A stretch of 63,633 nt of DNA, counting the filler, from Sphacelaria rigidula (Eukaryota): assembly GCA_964200075.2 (NCBI GenBank). It is 10 parts of 10 records of this genome, joined end to end, with 100 filler letters (N's around TTAATTAATTAA, not from the genome) between each part and the next. Parts side by side here need not be neighbours in the genome. Positions count along the whole stretch, not along the records: positions 57,361 to 63,633 come from CAXNAA020021087.1; 9 more parts are not named here. The stretch is one strand, 5' to 3'. Below the pieces are notes generated by a model, which saw nothing but the letters and a program-made list of their open reading frames with translations, did not search any database and was not told the DNA's origin. This document shows positions 61,001-63,633 of the stretch, piece after piece; position 1 is the stretch's first letter, and every line of letters starts with the position of its first letter. The translations under genes and the position numbers were made by a program.

Positions 61001-63633
61001 TTCCTCTGCTTGGCGTGTGGCGGCGAGATCGGGGTCAGCACCCCGTACCATCGCATGTCCGATCCTACCGACGGTAAAGACAGGGTATACGCCCACGCGG
61101 ACGGCCGCGCGTGCGTAAAACCCCTCGTGACAGCGGCCGAGAAGTGCACTCATCCGTGTTACGAGTGTACAGCAACCCCGTCCCAAAAAACACTCTATGA
61201 TCTCTTGGCGGGGGATGGAATCAGCTTTCATAAGGTGCGACCTCTGATTCTACGACACGCGTGCCACGCTCCTGTCTGATTTCCAACGGCACTTGTTGAA
61301 GGAGAATGCGTCATATGCGTCAAGAACGACGATTCGACACCGCGCAAAGCACCGCGGGTCAGTGATAACTCCCTGTCCCCTCCCGGAAACCAACCCGTCA
61401 CGCCACCAAATGATATCTCCCATCCCCTCGAAAAGAAAAAAACACTACGACCCGACAAGGTAGCCGACCCACGGCCACCAGGAGCGGAGCTGGAAGCTAA
61501 ACCGCTGCTGACGGTAAGTACCACAAGTGGCCATTCCTTGTCCCTGTTCAACTCCCTCTCAACTATGTCTAGTCTTATTTTCATCCTGCCCTCTCACACC
61601 TTCAATGGTTGCTCTCGTCGGTACCAGCCTTTTCTTTCTGTATTTCTTCCAACATGCCTCAGTGCAATCTTCAGCCTGCACGCTTGTTCACGTCTCTTCG
61701 TTCCTTTACCTTCCCCTTGTCTACCTCCTTGATACCGTGCTGCGTTCCAAAACCAGATGTCTACACTCGGGACGTGACGAACTTCGTCAGATCCGAAGTC
61801 ATCCACGTCAGCTTCCGTCAGTCTCTGTGACTTTTTAGCGGCGTCGCTTCTCCTCGTTTTGGGCCCCGGTTCTTTCGGCGTTGTGTAGTCTTACAGTAAC
61901 GTCGTCAAACCAACTTAGTAGTTTTCGGAGGCCAGGATTGGGGGGCATTGAGTGTGTCCTCAGTTTTATATTGCTTTCGTTCTAAACTGCTCCCGACACA
62001 TCACGGAAATATCTGCTTCTAGCGCCCCGGTGGTGTATAGATTCGACTGTTGCCACTGGGGCGGAGAGAACGGGGGTTCGATTCCCGATTGGTTGGGTTT
62101 TTTCATCGTTATGTACGATTTCCACCGTGGAAAACGTGAGTACGTGGGTAAGCAATATTAGTCGACTGGTTTTGTGTGACGTGGGTTGACATGGTGCGGA
62201 AGTGCTGACCCAATCCGCAAGAGCGAAACGGAAGGCGCGTACCGGGGGAGAGGTGAGTTGATCCCTCGAGACCACGGACTCATTCCGAGGAAGGGGGGGG
62301 TTGAAAGTGTGAGGGGAAAAACAAAAGGGCAGGTAGATTTGAGGTTCTCGAACTTGGATTAGCTCTGGGTAGTTACACCGAACTAATATTGGGGTGATCA
62401 ACTCACTTGATGTTAGTGCTGAGCCAAGTCAGTTGATGTTTCGTCGATGAAGCCATCGCCTAATTTCCTTGAATCTGGGACATTTTTCAATATTATCAAA
62501 TCTTTTTCGGGGTGATTCTCGCTGCCTGCGACATGTCGATTCCTGTGTTTGCTGTTCCTACGTGTACATGCAGCAGGGGGTGGTAATTTGGTCGTCTAGA
62601 TCGCACGCCGGTAATTTGCTGGCTTGCAGTGTGTCCCTCGTTGCTCGATCGGTTTTGGCGGGGTGATTGTTTTCGTGTACAGTTTTTTGTGTAAAGACAT
62701 CCTCTGTCGACTCTTGGTTTTATGTTCATCGGTGGTGAGTTCCTTCCACCCCGTGACCACGGGTCGGAGATAAAAACTCATGTAGTGAATGAGTTGAACT
62801 AATGTGACGTGAGCTCTGAAAATCGAAGGTGACAGTACCCCGCCGGTGGAAGTTGAGATGAAACGTGCCCGTGCCATGTTTTTTGCGCACGAGGTACACC
62901 CGTGTCGTGCCTTTCCCGGCTCCCCGTGCAAAAAGACGAATCCTCAAAGGACGAGCACGGCCTAAACTAGTCGCGGTGCTATCAACAATGTTGAAAATGG
63001 TGGAACATTTGACCCCTGGTATTGGGGAGCTAAAAGTCTCAGATGGCATTCAAATCCCATTTAAAGCTGTGAGCGATTCGAAAACAATTCATCTGTAATA
63101 TGCAGCAGCAGACTCTCCGTGAGGAGACGAAGCTGCAAACAAGCCAAGGCTGGCAACACGCGGGGACAAGGTATTCCAATTTTCCAGTTGGTTGTCTCAG
63201 GCCATTTCAGATTCGGCATTGAATTTCTGTGACAGAAAACTGTTTCGTTTTTTTCCGAATATTTTCAGAACCTTGCCCAGAAACAATCAGAACCTTGACC
63301 AAAATTGCCCAAAACGTGACCCCTCTACCACATTTTTTAATCCCTATGGTTGTTTTTAAGTAAATCAAACATTTGCTTCGGCTCAAGAATTCTGGTATTA
63401 TGTGTTGTCCCGTTTCTACGTACGGCAGTCTCACTAGAATTACCGCAAATTAAAATGCCTGCAACCAAAATCAAATCGAACTCAATGCGGTATGCATTCG
63501 GTGCAATTTTTGTCCCCATCAACTCATCAACCACTACATACTATTAATCAGGCTAACCCGAAAATCGACGCTGACGATTATGTTATTACTATCCCCTGCG
63601 GAGCTATCCACCTCTCCCCCATTAGGCGAGCCT

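Noticed and set aside
58050..63633. Genes in the many short ORFs of the last contig (also 11100-12300, 29400-30200, 51400-55300)
   Set aside because: Stop-riddled, with no motif or splice chain I can support. They are probably decayed transposon sequence, and a BLASTX search would be needed to name them.

Overview
This is repeat-rich eukaryotic DNA. A brown alga or other stramenopile is my inference, from long GT-AG introns, TTAGGG telomere-type repeats and the style of the retroelements. The window is not one locus: it is ten unrelated contigs of 6274 or 6273 bp, sorted by size and joined by artificial 100-nt spacers (N44-TTAATTAATTAA-N44). Host genes appear only as spliced fragments: five in-phase exons of a DCAF1/VPRBP homologue (13408-18746), five in-phase exons of an RCC1-repeat protein (38676-43763) and two tentative exons of an unidentified gene (22278-24495). 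The rest is mobile DNA: a decayed Ty1/copia 5' half with LTR and PBS, a Ty3/gypsy integrase with chromo-like and Tudor-like modules, a gypsy gag-protease region, CRE-like RT and Ulp1-like protease remnants, a tRNA-derived SINE, two related short retroposon families sitting in poly-C tracts, many MITE/foldback elements (one family carries internal telomeric repeats) and tandem repeats. Most ORFs in the six-frame track are spurious. I see no CRISPR array, rRNA or genuine tRNA gene, and I cannot claim a new biological system with confidence.
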